Of a stretch of DNA of 64,000 nt, positions 26,384 through 39,830 are shown piece after piece. The stretch is from Eledone cirrhosa (lineage: Eukaryota). Each line of letters opens with the position of its first letter. The stretch's first letter is position 1. The stretch lies in the NCBI GenBank assembly GCA_964016885.1, contig OZ024758.1, positions 4,960,001 through 5,024,000 on the forward strand. Direction: 5' to 3'. Both the position numbers and the translations under genes were made by a program. The notes beneath the pieces are model-generated. The model had not been told where the DNA came from, made no database searches, and saw only the letters and a list, made by a program, of their open reading frames with translations.

Positions 26384-27589
26384 ATAATCAATTTTACCTC
26401 CCACGCTACGATATTATTTCCTTTTATTCCATGTTATATGACTAAGTATTTGAGAAACTAATAGATTCTAGAATATATAAATAAATAAAAAAATTTGTTT
26501 AGGAAAAAAAAAATGAATGAAACATATTCAGCGTTCCCACATAGTGAAAAATTCTAGATAATTCCGTATATCCGCATAAAGTCGATTATATAATTCAGTA
26601 AAACCTTTTTGAATTGGAGAAATTGCAAGGAAAATGTTTAAATGTTAATTTCCGAATAGAAATATGTTCACACCAACGAAAGTTTTCAATTTTGGCTGAA
26701 ATTGGTAAAGATGGATTCGAGATTCTCATTTTCGGAAATTTACTATTCCACACCTATGGAAATGATTTTCAACACTTCCGAACAACCAAACAAGTAATAA
26801 TAATTGTTTCAACTTTTGGCACAAGGCCAGCAATTAACCAGTGTATTACTGGTACTTTATTTTATCGACCCCGTAAGGATGAAAGGCAAAGTTAACCTCG
26901 GCGGGATTTTAACTCAGAATGGTAATGGCCGTAACTCTATGCGTCAAAGCATGGCGTCCGACTCTCTATCGATACTGCCAATCCACCGCCCCAAAAAGTA
27001 ATAATAATAATGATAAATGAGAGACAGGGGTTACAATGTTACATAGCCTTCTAGAAATAGCAATCAAATCTCCCTCTAATCACGCCTCTTGTATCTTGTA
27101 TGGTCCTGTAAATCCTAATTGTCATAGGGGCGCCGTATTGACATACGTTTCTTGGGCATTTTAAGCTTGGCGAAGTCCATCCCTTTCTAGATCTGAGTAC
27201 AGCAGATTTTTTTCTTCCAGAGAGAGGAACAATCGACCCCAGTACTGGACTGGTACTTTCTTTTATCGACCATCATCATGTAATAAGTCAGAACATGTCC
27301 AACTTCTCTGATGGAAGTTTCCAGCAGCATAAGCTTTATTCCTATTGGTGATTTTCATTTCTTTTATATGGGAGACAAATTGCTTGGAATGTTTATGTTT
27401 TCGTTAATAACTAAAGCATGCCATATTAATTTTCTACTTAATATTTATTCAAATTCTGTTGTTTCAGTCGTAAAATTTATTCTTCTAATTTTCGCATCCA
27501 ACTCGTTGTTTCCGCCTCATTGTGCTTCATTAGTAAAAACTAAGATAAATTAATGTTAACATATTAAATACAGGAGTCAATAAAAAAAC

Positions 27590-27895
27590 CCAACTACTTT
27601 TGCATTGTTGATAAAGCTGGAGCATCATCCCTTATTGTAGCAACCATGTCAGCATGAATGTCCTTGAGGGCCAAACCCTTTTTCTGCAGGTACTTGATAG
27701 CACTATGTTGCCAAATTTTGTCTGTTTTCAAGAGACGTGGCTACTAGTTACTTTTAATATCTTCTTTGAATAGCCAGATGTCAGTTCATCTGGAAAGAAA
27801 CAATGCAGTTATTAATAAGAGCGTTTGAAATTAATGTATAAAAGATTTCACAGCTCTAGCGTCCCTCCTTCATACTTTTCAGCCCATACTCGTAG
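27590..27895 (-). mobile_element. Mariner transposon 5' end with a decayed transposase N-terminus (parent of the MITE family)
   Basis: Minus strand DKIWQHSAIKYLQKKGLALKDIHADMVATIRDDAPALSTMQK is a mariner HTH region. The upstream sequence matches the MITE left half. Confidence 0.8.
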
Positions 27896-27935
27896 ATATA
27901 ATTATACGACGAGTAAAAATAAATTTCAATCCAAT

Positions 27936-28220
27936 CCTTCTCACTCCCGTTGGAGGAACCCCTCCCTGGTTGACCTCAAATCCAGGGCCTTCTCACTCCC
28001 GTTGGAGGAACCCCTCCCTGGTTGACCTCAAATCCAGGGCCTTCTCACTCCCGTTGGAGGAACCCCTCCCTGGTTGACCTCAAATCCAGGGCCTTCTCAC
28101 TCCCGTTGGAGGAACCCCTCCCTGGTTGACCTCAAATCCAGGGCCTTCTCACCTCTGATGGAGAAACCCCTTCCTGGTTGACTTACTTCCAATCCAGGGC
28201 CTTCTCCCAGGTTGACCTCC
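27936..28220. repeat. 52-bp tandem repeat, about 5 copies
   Basis: Units start at 27936, 27988, 28040, 28092 and 28144. Confidence 0.92.
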
Positions 28221-28521
28221 ACCACTTTCTGTTTAGTTTTGGTTTGTATTTAGGGGTGTAGCTGTACTCACCACGTTTGGTCAATTGTGGGTTGGTGAGG
28301 TTATTTAAGCCATTAGTCAGTGATTATTTAGAGGAAGGAGTGTTTGATGACTCTGCCCTCCACCACCCTCTCAAGAAGAAGAAGAAGAGGATGGGTGTGT
28401 TAATGAAGAAGTAGAAGGAGATGAGGATAAGAAGGAAGAGTAAGATTAGCTGAAGAATTCTGTCATTAAATATAATATTGCAGCTGGCGGAAAGTGATTA
28501 AGTTGAGAAATGAGGTTCTTT

Positions 28522-28655
28522 GATAAATAAGATATCTTATATTGTATAGCGAAAGAGATATACAAGATGATAAATAAGATATCTTATATTGTATAGCGAA
28601 AGAGATATACAAGATGATAAATAAGATATCTTATATTGTATAGTGAAAGAAATAT
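28522..28655. repeat. 47-bp tandem repeat, about 3 copies
   Basis: Unit gataaataagatatcttatattgtatagcgaaagagatatacaagat. Confidence 0.9.
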
Positions 28656-29832
28656 TATACAAATAATTGTTTCTACTATTGGCACAAGGCCAGCAATTAC
28701 TCAGTAAATTACTGGTACTTTATTTTATCGACCCCCGTAAGGATGAAAGGCAAAGTTAACCTCGGCGGGATTTGAACTCAGATCACAAAGGACCGTAACT
28801 CTATGCTACAAAGCATGGTGTCCGACCCTCTACAGATACTGCTAATCCATCGCCCTCGATAATGTTCGAAATCGTTAACGCGTAAGAAGAATTTTGTTTC
28901 TGAACATTACAAATAGAAAAGCATTTATTTTATGATACATCTATTTAGTTCCATTCACGAACTATAAGTTCAGTGTTTAAGTAAGGCAGGGCAAAGTACA
29001 CCAGACAGTGTTTCTCTTTTAATCAGCAGAGTTGATTCCTATTCTCTGTAAATTGTTTGAAATAATCCTTCTTGTTTCAAAACAGAAAAGAAGGTATCTG
29101 TAGAGAAATACGAACTCATTACTTTATCCTATAGTTTATCCTGTCGTATATTACATCTCAACGTTATTCACAGGAAAAGCTGTAAAATATAATACACTAC
29201 ATATACGAAGACCATAATATAATTCAGCAGTTCACTCAATCAAAGATTTAAATATTGAATTAATAAGATAGAAGAAATCTTCGATGATCGAAACTGAAAT
29301 CAAATAATGTTTGTTTATTTTAGCTATAAAGGTTCAAGGGACATAGTTGAAAGTTACCATATTTAATGTAAACAGCAAAGAATGTTTCTTAATGAAAGAG
29401 AATGGAAAATGGATTCACTTGTGGGTATTGACTAATTTGAGTCGTTTGTTTTGTACTGTATAGCAGCAAATTAAAAAAAGAAATCAGAATAATTGAATAA
29501 ATCTTTAATCAACACTTACTAATTGAATTAAGACTTCAAACAACACTAGTTGAAATAGCCCTGAAGTAGCTGTTGTGGAATACACGAGAATACAACTCTA
29601 TCTTAAACAAATATTTTACTCAAAAATTCTTATTTTCATCGTTGTTTCCATTGGCAAGCTTCTTTGCTATTGATCGCTTTGTCTAACTACGATCAATAAT
29701 TGACCCAACACAAACATTAGGTATCACATACCAAGGATGGCACAGATGCTGCTACAGATATAAATATTGTGGATAGCACACAAAAATGTCCAGCTGGCTG
29801 ATTAACAAATATTAACTCATTAATACGTTACT

Positions 29833-30112
29833 GTGGAGGTACGAGGACTAGTGGTAAGGGTGTTGGACTTACGATCATAATGTCGTGGGTTCGATTCCTG
29901 GCTTGCGTGTTGTGTTCTTGAGCAAAACACTTCATTTCACGTTGCTTCAGTATACTCAGCTGAAAATAAGTACCAACAATAGCTGTGGGTTTAACCCTGC
30001 GATGGACTGGCGTCCTGTCCAAGGGGGGGGGGGTCTTGTACTCTCAGTCGCTTCACGCCATGAAACTGGGATATGTACCGGCCAAATGAGCCTTCTGGCT
30101 TAAGACAAACTT
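29833..30112 (+). mobile_element. tRNA-derived CORE-type SINE (octopus OR-like)
   Basis: tRNA-like head (tagtggtaa...ggttcgattcc) and MIR-like core tgtgttcttgagcaa.acactt.atttcacgttgct.cagt.tactcagctg. Another copy at 60000-60265. Confidence 0.75.
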
Positions 30113-30334
30113 TTTTCTTTTTAGAATACGTTACTACCTTGTGGGCTCAAACAATGTCTTTCTTCTCTCAACATCTTCTGTCGCTACTACCACGGCTTTT
30201 GTTCCTATGATCTAGATGTGTATCACCTCTTTTGAAGATTACACCATCACCATTACTATTACATTTCTCCATGAAAGTTCTTGCACAAAACACTTTCCTT
30301 TCCTCTAGAATTCCTGTCTCGCCATTATTATACA

Positions 30335-30597
30335 GACAGAGGGTTACGTCCCTTTACAGTCTGAGTTCAAATCCCGCCGAGGTTAACTTTGCCTTTCATC
30401 CTTACGGAGTCGATAAAATAAAGTACCAGTAATGTACTGGGTAATTGCTGGCCTTGTGCCTAAAGTAGAAACAATTATACAGACAGAGGATCGGACGCCA
30501 CGCTTTGCAGCATAGACTTACAGCCTCTTGGGGTCTGAGTTAAAATCCCGCCGAGGTTAACTTTGCCTTTCTTCCTTACGGGGTCGATAAAATAAAT
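30335..30597 (+). mobile_element. Two Nin-core SINE copies
   Basis: Family consensus match. Confidence 0.8.
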
Positions 30598-30879
30598 TAT
30601 TTATTCAAAGTAATCTAACTTATTTTACTAACAGGATAAAAAAATATATTCGGGACACAGTCCCGCACTCCTCCCTTTATTATAGTATAGATTACTATCA
30701 TCATCACTGTAATTCCCACTTTATTTCATACACTTATGTAGAACTAAGTTATAGGAGGCCACATTCTTACTTTAATTCTTTTTATTGCATTTTCTCCGTT
30801 ATAACTATCAAGTTTTTCCTTTCTCTCTCCCTCTCTCCCCTCTCTCCTCTCTACCTCTCTCTCCCTCTCACTCTCTCTC

Positions 30880-30913
<34 letters not shown>

Positions 30914-32730
30914 GCTTCTTACTTAGAATTCATCATTTGTCATATGCAATATTTTTAGGAAATTTCACACAGAAGATTCTAACTTTAATCTCCATATATT
31001 TTCATTTTGTTAAAGTAATTTTGTATATGTTGTAAACTTTCATAGAAATTATTCACTGAAATCTTTTCCCCAATATCGGAACTATTGAAAAGTGTTAGAG
31101 TAGTGAAAGCAGAGGTCTAGACAGAATGATTTTAAGTATTTAGTTACAAGCTTTTAGACGTTTAGTTAAAATTAATATTTATGTCCATCATTGTACAGGT
31201 TGATTACATAAAGTAAAATGTTTGATCTCACATCCTACTTAATCTGCCATACGAGGTTCAGCAGAAAAGTTCATAGGCTGACTATGAAGGAGTGATGCTA
31301 GAGCTGTGAAATCTTGCATGCATTAATTTCAACTCTTCTTATTAATAACTGCATTGTTTCTTTCCATAGACTATGTTGAAAAATAAACCTCATTTGGTCA
31401 TTCCATGAGAGTATCTTGGTCAACCTATGAAGGAGTGATGCTAGAGCTGTGAAATCGTGCTTGCATTAATTTCAGCTCTTCTTATTAATAACTGCATTGT
31501 TTTTTTCTAGGGACTTTCCTCCCTATACTGTTCTTTTTTAGCATTCCGTAGATCCTATATGTTTTATAAAACCATGGCACTTCTTCTTCTTCTTCTTCTT
31601 CTCATTTAAACTAAAGCAATATATCAAAGAAAAGAAAGTGAACAAAAATACTTCATTCTAAAATTAAATCAATTTATTAAAACAAAACTCTAAATTGGAA
31701 GCCATTGACCCCGAGAATAACATCTGACTGGTCGGATTATAAGTTACCCCCCTCCATTCTTCACTAGTCTCATTAATCATAGTGTGTATTTATTTATATA
31801 TTTATATATTTGTGTCTGTTACATTGCCCTCAATATATTCTATATTTATTTGAGAATTAATTCAGTGTTTGTCAGTCAAGTTAGCGAATTATTCTCTATT
31901 GAAAACATGGTGCCATCCTTTCGAAGGTTGTCTTGGTTAGGTTAGATAAAATTCAGCTATAATCAGACCATTGTTCGAAAGCAATGGCGGCCCCCTTTGC
32001 GACGCCATGTTTAAAACCATTGAGTAATGTTGTTTGAAGATATTTCAAAACATTGTATAGCACTTTATCTGTATTTTTCACCTAGGGACTTTACAAATTT
32101 ATTCTATATATTCTATATATTCTATATATTACTCACGTTTATAACGGAACAAACGGTAAATCTCCCGGTTTTCCAATAAGAAAGCTTTCATTACATCGAA
32201 ATAACAACCTTTTGATTTCAAATACACATTAGACGCCAAAACGCAAGTAAATTATAGATAAAGACCCGATTTAATATCTTTAAAACATATTTTCACGTTG
32301 CTTAGTGCAACTTTCCAAGTTTAAGGTGTACAGTAAATGAACCTGGACAGATATGGGGGAATTGTTTTAAAGGATATATATATATATATATATATATAGG
32401 GGGCGGACGACCAAAGCAAAAGCACCTTTTTTAGTCCGCTCCCTTCCAAATAAAATTGCCTCAGAAATGTTACCTTTTAATCAATGTTTGCTGTCTGAAG
32501 AGATCACGATGTTTATCGTCATTGAAATATTTATAACGGCTCAAATAATAAAAGACTCCACATGATGCCTTTGACACTAATAACAATTATGTACCCTAAA
32601 TGTTCTAAAGGACTAGGATTTTAGTTACATGTTTCGACATTCCTTATGCTCCGATGATCCCAGACTTCCCTCTGGAAGAAACAATTGTCAGAAAATGTTC
32701 TAAAGTAAAATTTGATCGTTTTAACACTTT

Positions 32731-32778
<48 letters not shown>

Positions 32779-32779
32779 T

Positions 32780-32933
32780 TGTTATACTTTGGGAGGGTCA
32801 TGTTGCCAATAAGAAACACACGCACCAGCTGCGTTCACTTCAATTTATTATAATAAATTTATAAATTTCCGGCTGGTTGGTTGGTTCCACAACCAGATGA
32901 TTGTTTATATATTGTCAAAGTTCTTTCGTCACA
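32780..32933 (-). mobile_element. Putative short solo LTR (TGTGACG...TATAACA) in (TA)n
   Basis: TG...CA termini and AATAAA on the minus strand. Half of it recurs at 35319-35407. No clean target-site duplication is visible. Confidence 0.5.
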
Positions 32934-32978
32934 CATATATATATATATCCTTCATACACAACACACACACACACACAC

Positions 32979-33042
<64 letters not shown>

Positions 33043-33044
33043 CC

Positions 33045-33460
33045 GATGACCCCCTTCGGTCACGAATGGCCATGTAATTTCCCTCCGAGGCACAAGTCCG
33101 TTTAAGGAAGACCAGTAGTTACCCATACATACCAGCCTTCCCTCTCCACGACACCGATGTTGTCGAAGAGAAAGGCTATGGCCGATACAGTTTGGCACCA
33201 GTGACACCAGAACTAATATATACACTATATATACAGCATATAAATACATTGTGTACAGTATATATACACTATATATGATGTTGTCCAAGGGAAAGGTAAT
33301 GGCCGATACAGCTTGGCACCAGTGACGTCGCAACGCATTTCTTCAGCTGAGTAAACTGGAGCAACGTGAAATAAAGTGTCTTGCTCAACATATCACCTGG
33401 CCCGAGAATCGAACTCACAACCTTTCGATTGCAAGCCCAATGCTCTAACCAATAAGCCAT
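33045..33460 (-). mobile_element. CORE-type SINE, second subfamily
   Basis: Homologous to 38841-38990 (+) and 61820-62015 (+). A related copy lies at about 50690-51012 (-). Confidence 0.7.
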
Positions 33461-33522
33461 TACCTTTTCAATATATTGTATTTTATATATATATATATAT
33501 ATACACACATACACATAAACGC

Positions 33523-33668
<146 letters not shown>

Positions 33669-33788
33669 TATTAATAATAATAATATTCTTGCCCTGTTCT
33701 TACATGATTATCGTACAAGCATAGAATAGAACAGATATCAATATATTAAAATATTAAAAACGCCAAGAATACTTTCCTCCCCAGAATA

Positions 33789-33849
<61 letters not shown>

Positions 33850-34249
33850 TTTAGGGGATTTAAGCTAGATCGACTAAAGTCGGTTTTACTTAAAGAGATT
33901 TTAGCTTAAGTTTTAAAATATTTTATTGCTTTTCTAAGTAGATAATTTATTAATACATCTTATTCCTTCATTGAGATATCTAAGTATTAGAAACAATTAC
34001 CTTTATAAATAGATTAACTGCTCCATCAGTTTCGATAAAATGAATCACCTATAGATTATATTAGACTGTCAGTGGCTGAGTATACCACAGACATTATTAC
34101 TCCTATCATACTGTGACTGACGCAGTGTGACAAAAGTGCCTCCCACTTTGAATTAGATTCACAGTCCAACCATCGGACTTCCAGATAGGCTCCATCTACC
34201 AAATTTCGATCCAAATCTTTCTGTCAGGAGATGCGACTGGTAGATAGTA

Positions 34250-34670
34250 TCAGCAATGGAAAGACCAAATGGAAACATTGTTTCCTTGTTCCGATTTGAC
34301 AAGATCCTCGTCTCTTGTCAAGCGAATGAGGTCTGGGATCTTGTTGATCGATTCTAAAAAAAAAAATGCCTGCTGTCTTACATGAAAATGTGTTTTCATA
34401 CACATATAGATTAAGATCAATATCTTTTTATATTCTATCTGAACATATGTTTGAATCCCAGAATAAAGGAATAGCAAATGCTGTTGATTAATTCTTTCCC
34501 AAAATAGTAAAAGTACCAATATTTTATTTCTTTACCTATACATCACTTGACCCTTTTCCGGAATGTTTTCACGTGTAGCAAAGAAGTTAGCCTCTTGACA
34601 CAGTTGTTGAATATAAAACTTGACTTACCTCCTTTGGCTTCTGCTTCCCATACCACAGCAGTAGAGAATA
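34250..34670 (-). other. Two candidate host exons (34670-34629 and 34353 to at least 34250)
   Basis: ttgtatag|...GAG|GTAAGT, then (T)11AG|. The spliced product reads FSTAVVWEAEAKG|ESINKIPDLIRLTRDEDLVKSEQGNNVSIWSFHC* in one frame. No homology recognised. Confidence 0.35.
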
Positions 34671-34981
34671 CTATACAACACAATACACAACGCTACGAGG
34701 ATCTGCTATAAAGGTCATAGGCTGACCAAGATACTCTCATGGAATGACCAAATGAGGTCTATTTTTCAACATAGTCCCTAGAAAGAAACAATGTAATTGT
34801 TAATAAGAAGAGTTGAAATTAATGCATGCAAAATTTAACAGCTCTAGCATCACTCCTTCATAGTCTGACCAAGATACTCTCATGGAATGACCAAATGAGG
34901 TTTATTTTTCAACATAGTCCCTCCATTCCATCACAACACTTAACAATATACCACTATTACATGTGTGTTAATGTGTGTATA

Positions 34982-35045
<64 letters not shown>

Positions 35046-35050
<5 letters not shown>

Positions 35051-35535
35051 ATATTAAATAAATGAAAACTATATTTCTAAAACCATATTTATTCTATTAT
35101 ATATATTTCAAGGGTACCAAAAACTTTGGTACGCTTTCCTTTGGTAAGTTTTCCTTGCTTAGTCACTATCCAAGGAAAACTTGAACCGTTAAGGTATGTT
35201 CCTTGGCTATGTCAAAATTTATAAAACACACTTTGTATTTTATCTGATGAAAGCGTACCAAAGTTTTTGGTACCCTTGAAATATATATAATAGAATAAAT
35301 ATGGTTTTATAAATATATTGTTATACTTTGGGAGGGTCATGTTGCCAATAAGAAACACACGCACCAGTTGCTTTCACTTCAATTTATTATTATAAATTTA
35401 TAAATTTAGGAATTTAGTTTCCATTTATTTAATATCATTGAATATTATACTGCAGAAAAGCTGTCGAGTGCTCTGAATCAGTTATAAACATTTATATTTG
35501 TTGAATTACCAACAAATTGAATATCCCTTCTGCTT
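35046..35535. mobile_element. Non-coding PLE pseudo-LTR remnant (family A) with an inverted partial copy, within (TA)n
   Basis: 35046-35138 is the reverse complement of 35247-35318 plus 35415-35440. It contains a hammerhead and is homologous to 56499-56875, 61005-61310 and 48060-48190. Confidence 0.7.
35236..35297 (+). ncRNA. Type I hammerhead ribozyme, family A
   Basis: tattttat-CTGATGA-aagcgtaccaaagtttttggtaccctt-GAAA-tatata-TA-atagaata: 8-bp stem I, long stem II, palindromic stem III. Confidence 0.85.
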
Positions 35536-35768
35536 ATATATATAATTATATATTAGTGCCTGCATGTGTATAACTGTATATTAGTAAGTGTATATGAAGA
35601 TGTAGTGGCGTGTGTGAATGAAAATGGCGAATGTTGCGTGTATAAAAATGGCGAATGAGATAGCACGTTTGTTGTGTTTGTTATAAATGGTATGAATTAA
35701 TTTGTTTCATTGTATATGTACGTGTTTATATATAGCTATATATTAGTGTGTAAACATGTAATCATGAT

Positions 35769-35805
<37 letters not shown>

Positions 35806-35848
35806 CAATATATATATATCGAGAGAGAGGTATGGACACAACCTCAGA

Positions 35849-35880
<32 letters not shown>

Positions 35881-35882
35881 TT

Positions 35883-35918
<36 letters not shown>

Positions 35919-36755
35919 ATATATATATATATATATGGAGAATAGGAGAAATGTATATATATATATGTGTGTGTGTGATAGTATGTATATATATATATAT
36001 ATGTGTGTGTGTATGTGTAGCTTTGGTGAATGAAACGTTTCTTGGTGCTCTTGTTCTTATCGCCGGGTTACAACCAAGCAAACATGTTGAAAGCCAGAAA
36101 TCATATTGCTGAGCAAATGTACCACTTTGATTCCGATATACATTGCAACAGCTTGTGACTAGCTATCACCACGTATCACGTGTTTTACCCCCCACCCCAC
36201 TTACATACTTTAACGCCTATGTTCACAAATTTATATCTTGCCGGATTTGTGTTGTAAAGTTCATAAGCTAACCAAGATACTCTCATGGAATGACCAAATG
36301 AGGTTTATTTTTCAACATAGTCCCTGGACAGATTCAATGCAGTTATTAATAATAAGAGGTGAAATTAATGTATGCTATATTTCACAGCTCTAGCATCACT
36401 CCTTTATAATCAGCTATGAACCTTTTAGCCCACACTCATACAGTACCTTTTAGTTCTTAGATATTCCATATTTTCCTTATGTGCTATATTTAATAATATA
36501 CCCCTTCCGCGTGTTTCATGTATATACTCTTTGATTATGGTCGTCGTCGACCTACCATTTTACTGGATATATACCTACTTTTGATAAATCAAATATAGCG
36601 TTTATGGTTCAGCTTATTTTATGTATTCCAACTTAATATATTCCCCAACAGAGTACGTTGAAATTTGCTTATATTAATTTACCAAGAGACTAATTATTTC
36701 TCGTAATATATAGGCGGGATCGCTTTATAAATCAGTTGCTCATGTTTTCCACTGC

Positions 36756-36821
<66 letters not shown>

Positions 36822-37205
36822 GGGAGTGGGGGTGCTGAAACGTTTCGGGCTTTGGGTAAAAGAAAATACAGGAGAATCAGTTGATTATAAATTAATTCAA
36901 CATATTCCCCTCTCAGATTGTAGCGGTCCTACCCCCCCCCCTGTAAATATAACAGCTCTATCCTTTCACGATACACTTGATTATATATATATATATATAT
37001 ATATAGGACCGAGTAGGACCCCGACGGCTGAGCTCAAGCCGTTTCGACGGCTAATTCTGGACTAATTTAGTCTAGAATTAGCCGTCGAAACGGCTTGAGC
37101 TCCCCCGTCGGGGTCCTACTCGTTCCTATTACCCACTCTACTACCCTAAGTATTGAGTACTTTGGTGCATTATGGTCCATCTGGTTCCTTACCACATTTC
37201 CTTCG

Positions 37206-37277
<72 letters not shown>

Positions 37278-37991
37278 GTTAAACAAGATTGAATGAGTAC
37301 ACCAAAGAATAAGTTTTACAGTAGATTGGAAGCACTCTACAAAAAATTATTTTCCAGAGTTATTAATATTAAGATATAAATATTAATAAAATAGATGTTC
37401 TTTTGATCAATTAAATGTTATTATACATATTTCAGAGGTACAACAGTACGTCCTCATCAGACAAAATATAATGATACATGACATACCCTGAGATGTTAAA
37501 TATATATATATATATATGTGTGTGTGTCTGTGTCTGTGTGTGTTATAGTTTGCTTGAAGCATTGTATATAGCATATAACGTTGAAAGAGATAGATGGCTA
37601 AACAATGCAAAATGGACTGTTAGATGAGGTAACGAAAAGTAAAAGTTACCTGGTAATCTTCATCTTCTTCTTCTTCTTCTTCTCCTTCTATCTGTCCAAT
37701 ATTGTTGGACCTAAAAGTCCCTGCATCAGGGTTTAAGGGACCTTCAGTGGATAACGTTCCAATTTCCTTTGGGATAAAATTTTGATTTTTATTTAAGATG
37801 TACAGTCCGACAAGGTCGCTAACCAAGGACTTCCTAATGATTTCTCCCCAATGAAAACAGTTCTAGTCCTGTGGAAGCCATTTTATATTAAATATTTGTA
37901 CTTTGAGTATCTTATACTATTGAGTACTTTACTTGCTGTGGTTACCCCCGATTGAACCCGGGATAAACATTATACGTATATATATATATAA

Positions 37992-38390
37992 TGTATATAT
38001 TCATGTATGTATATATTCATGTATGTATATATTCATGTATGTATATATTCATGTATATATATATTCATGTATATATATATTCATGTATGTATATATTCAT
38101 GTATATATATATTCATGTATGTATATATTCATGTATGTATATATTCATGTATATATATATTCATGTATATATATATTCATGTGTATATATATTCATGTAT
38201 ATATATATTCATGTGTATATATATTCATGTATATATATATTCATGTATATATATATTCATGTATATATATATTCATGTATATATATATTCATGTATGTAT
38301 ATATTCATGTATATATATATTCATGTATATATATATTCATGTATGTATATATTCATGCATGTATATATTCATGCATATATATATTCATAT
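37992..38390. repeat. Minisatellite of about 16 bp (TATATATTCATGTA...), about 24 copies
   Basis: Seen directly. Confidence 0.92.
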
Positions 38391-38564
38391 GTGTGTGTGT
38401 GTGTGTTGCTACGGCTTAATTCGGGATGTTTGTTTACAAAGAAACTGAGCATTAATAAATGTTCGGTAAATCCATACGTACATATATATATATGTGTGCA
38501 TGTATGTATATATATGCATACTACTGTACGTCTGTATACATATATGTGTGTACGTATACATACT

Positions 38565-38596
<32 letters not shown>

Positions 38597-39229
38597 TATA
38601 TTAGTATACATTTTACCTGTTCAAAGACCTGAATCAAATAAAAGCTAATATATTTGCTAGTGTCAGACGAACGGAAGATGACGAAACTCTATAAACAACA
38701 GATTTTCCTTCACATCTCCATCATAAACAACTTTACATCCGGACAAGTTTGCAGCTCAACAATTCTCTGACTTTATTCCATATTGGCTTTCATCTCTTTT
38801 ATTTCTTTCATCTTTTCACTTTTCTTTCTATCTTTTCTATGAAGGCGCGTGGCTTAGTGGTTAGAGCATTGGGCTTGCAATCGAAAGATTGTGAGTTCGA
38901 TTCTCGGACCGGGTGATGTGTTGTGTCCTTCAGCAAGACACTTTATTTCACGTTGCTCCAGTTTACTCAGCTGTAGAAATGAGTTGCGGTCCTGCCAAAT
39001 CAATGGATGGCAGTAGTTCCATTACTCGAAAGACTGGTGTAGTGCTTCTGAGAACAATGCGGCTTTGCAGGTGATCAATACAAATTGACAATGGAAAGGG
39101 GCTCCCGCTCGAGTTAGAAGAGAACTATTGACCTTCAGGAGAACCAGTGACCCCTGATTGTATTCAGCGACCGAAAAAAATATGAAGTACACCAAATCCA
39201 ATGCTCCTAGGGGCGGCTCTGGTTCTTCT

Positions 39230-39830
39230 TATTTGATTAGCAGTAGAATCAGTAGAGCGTCGGACATCCTGCTTTGTGGCATAGAGTTACGGCTCTTTAC
39301 GTTCTAAGTTCAAATCCTGCCAAGGTTAGCTTTGCTTTACGGGGTCGGACACCATGCTTTGTGGTATAGAGCTACGGCCCTTTACATTCTAAGTTCAAAT
39401 CCTGCCGAGTTTAGCTTTGCTGCCTTACGGGGTCGGACACCATGTTTTGCAGCATAGAGTTACGGCCCTTTGCGTTCTGAGTTCAAATCCCGCCAAGGTT
39501 AACTTTGCCTTTCATCCTTACGGGGATAAAATAAAGTACCAGTAATGCACTGGGGTCGATCGATTTAATCGACTTTTCCTTCACCCAAATTGCAGGCCTT
39601 GTGCTTATACAGTAGAAATCATTATTTTGTAGTGTCAGACAACATGATTTCCGGCATAGAGTTACGGCCCTTTACGTTATGAGTTCAAATCCCGCCGAGG
39701 TTAACTTTGCCTTTCATCCTTACGGAGTTAATAATATAAAGTACCAGTAATACACTGGGGTCGATCGATTTAATCGACTTTCCCCTCCCCGCAAATTGCT
39801 GGCCTTGTGCCTAAATCAGAAACCATTATT
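39230..39830 (+). mobile_element. Head-to-tail array of Nin-core SINE units (two truncated, two near-complete)
   Basis: Repeated gcatagagttacggccctttac...agttcaaatcc units. Confidence 0.8.

Noticed and set aside
27936-28220. Regular repeats resembling CRISPR arrays (also 24943-25218 and 49253-49458)
   Set aside because: They are head-to-tail identical units with no unique spacers and no cas genes, in a eukaryotic context.
38841-38915. tRNA-like sequences with A and B boxes
   Set aside because: They are SINE heads that run directly into SINE cores, with no intact cloverleaf or terminator.
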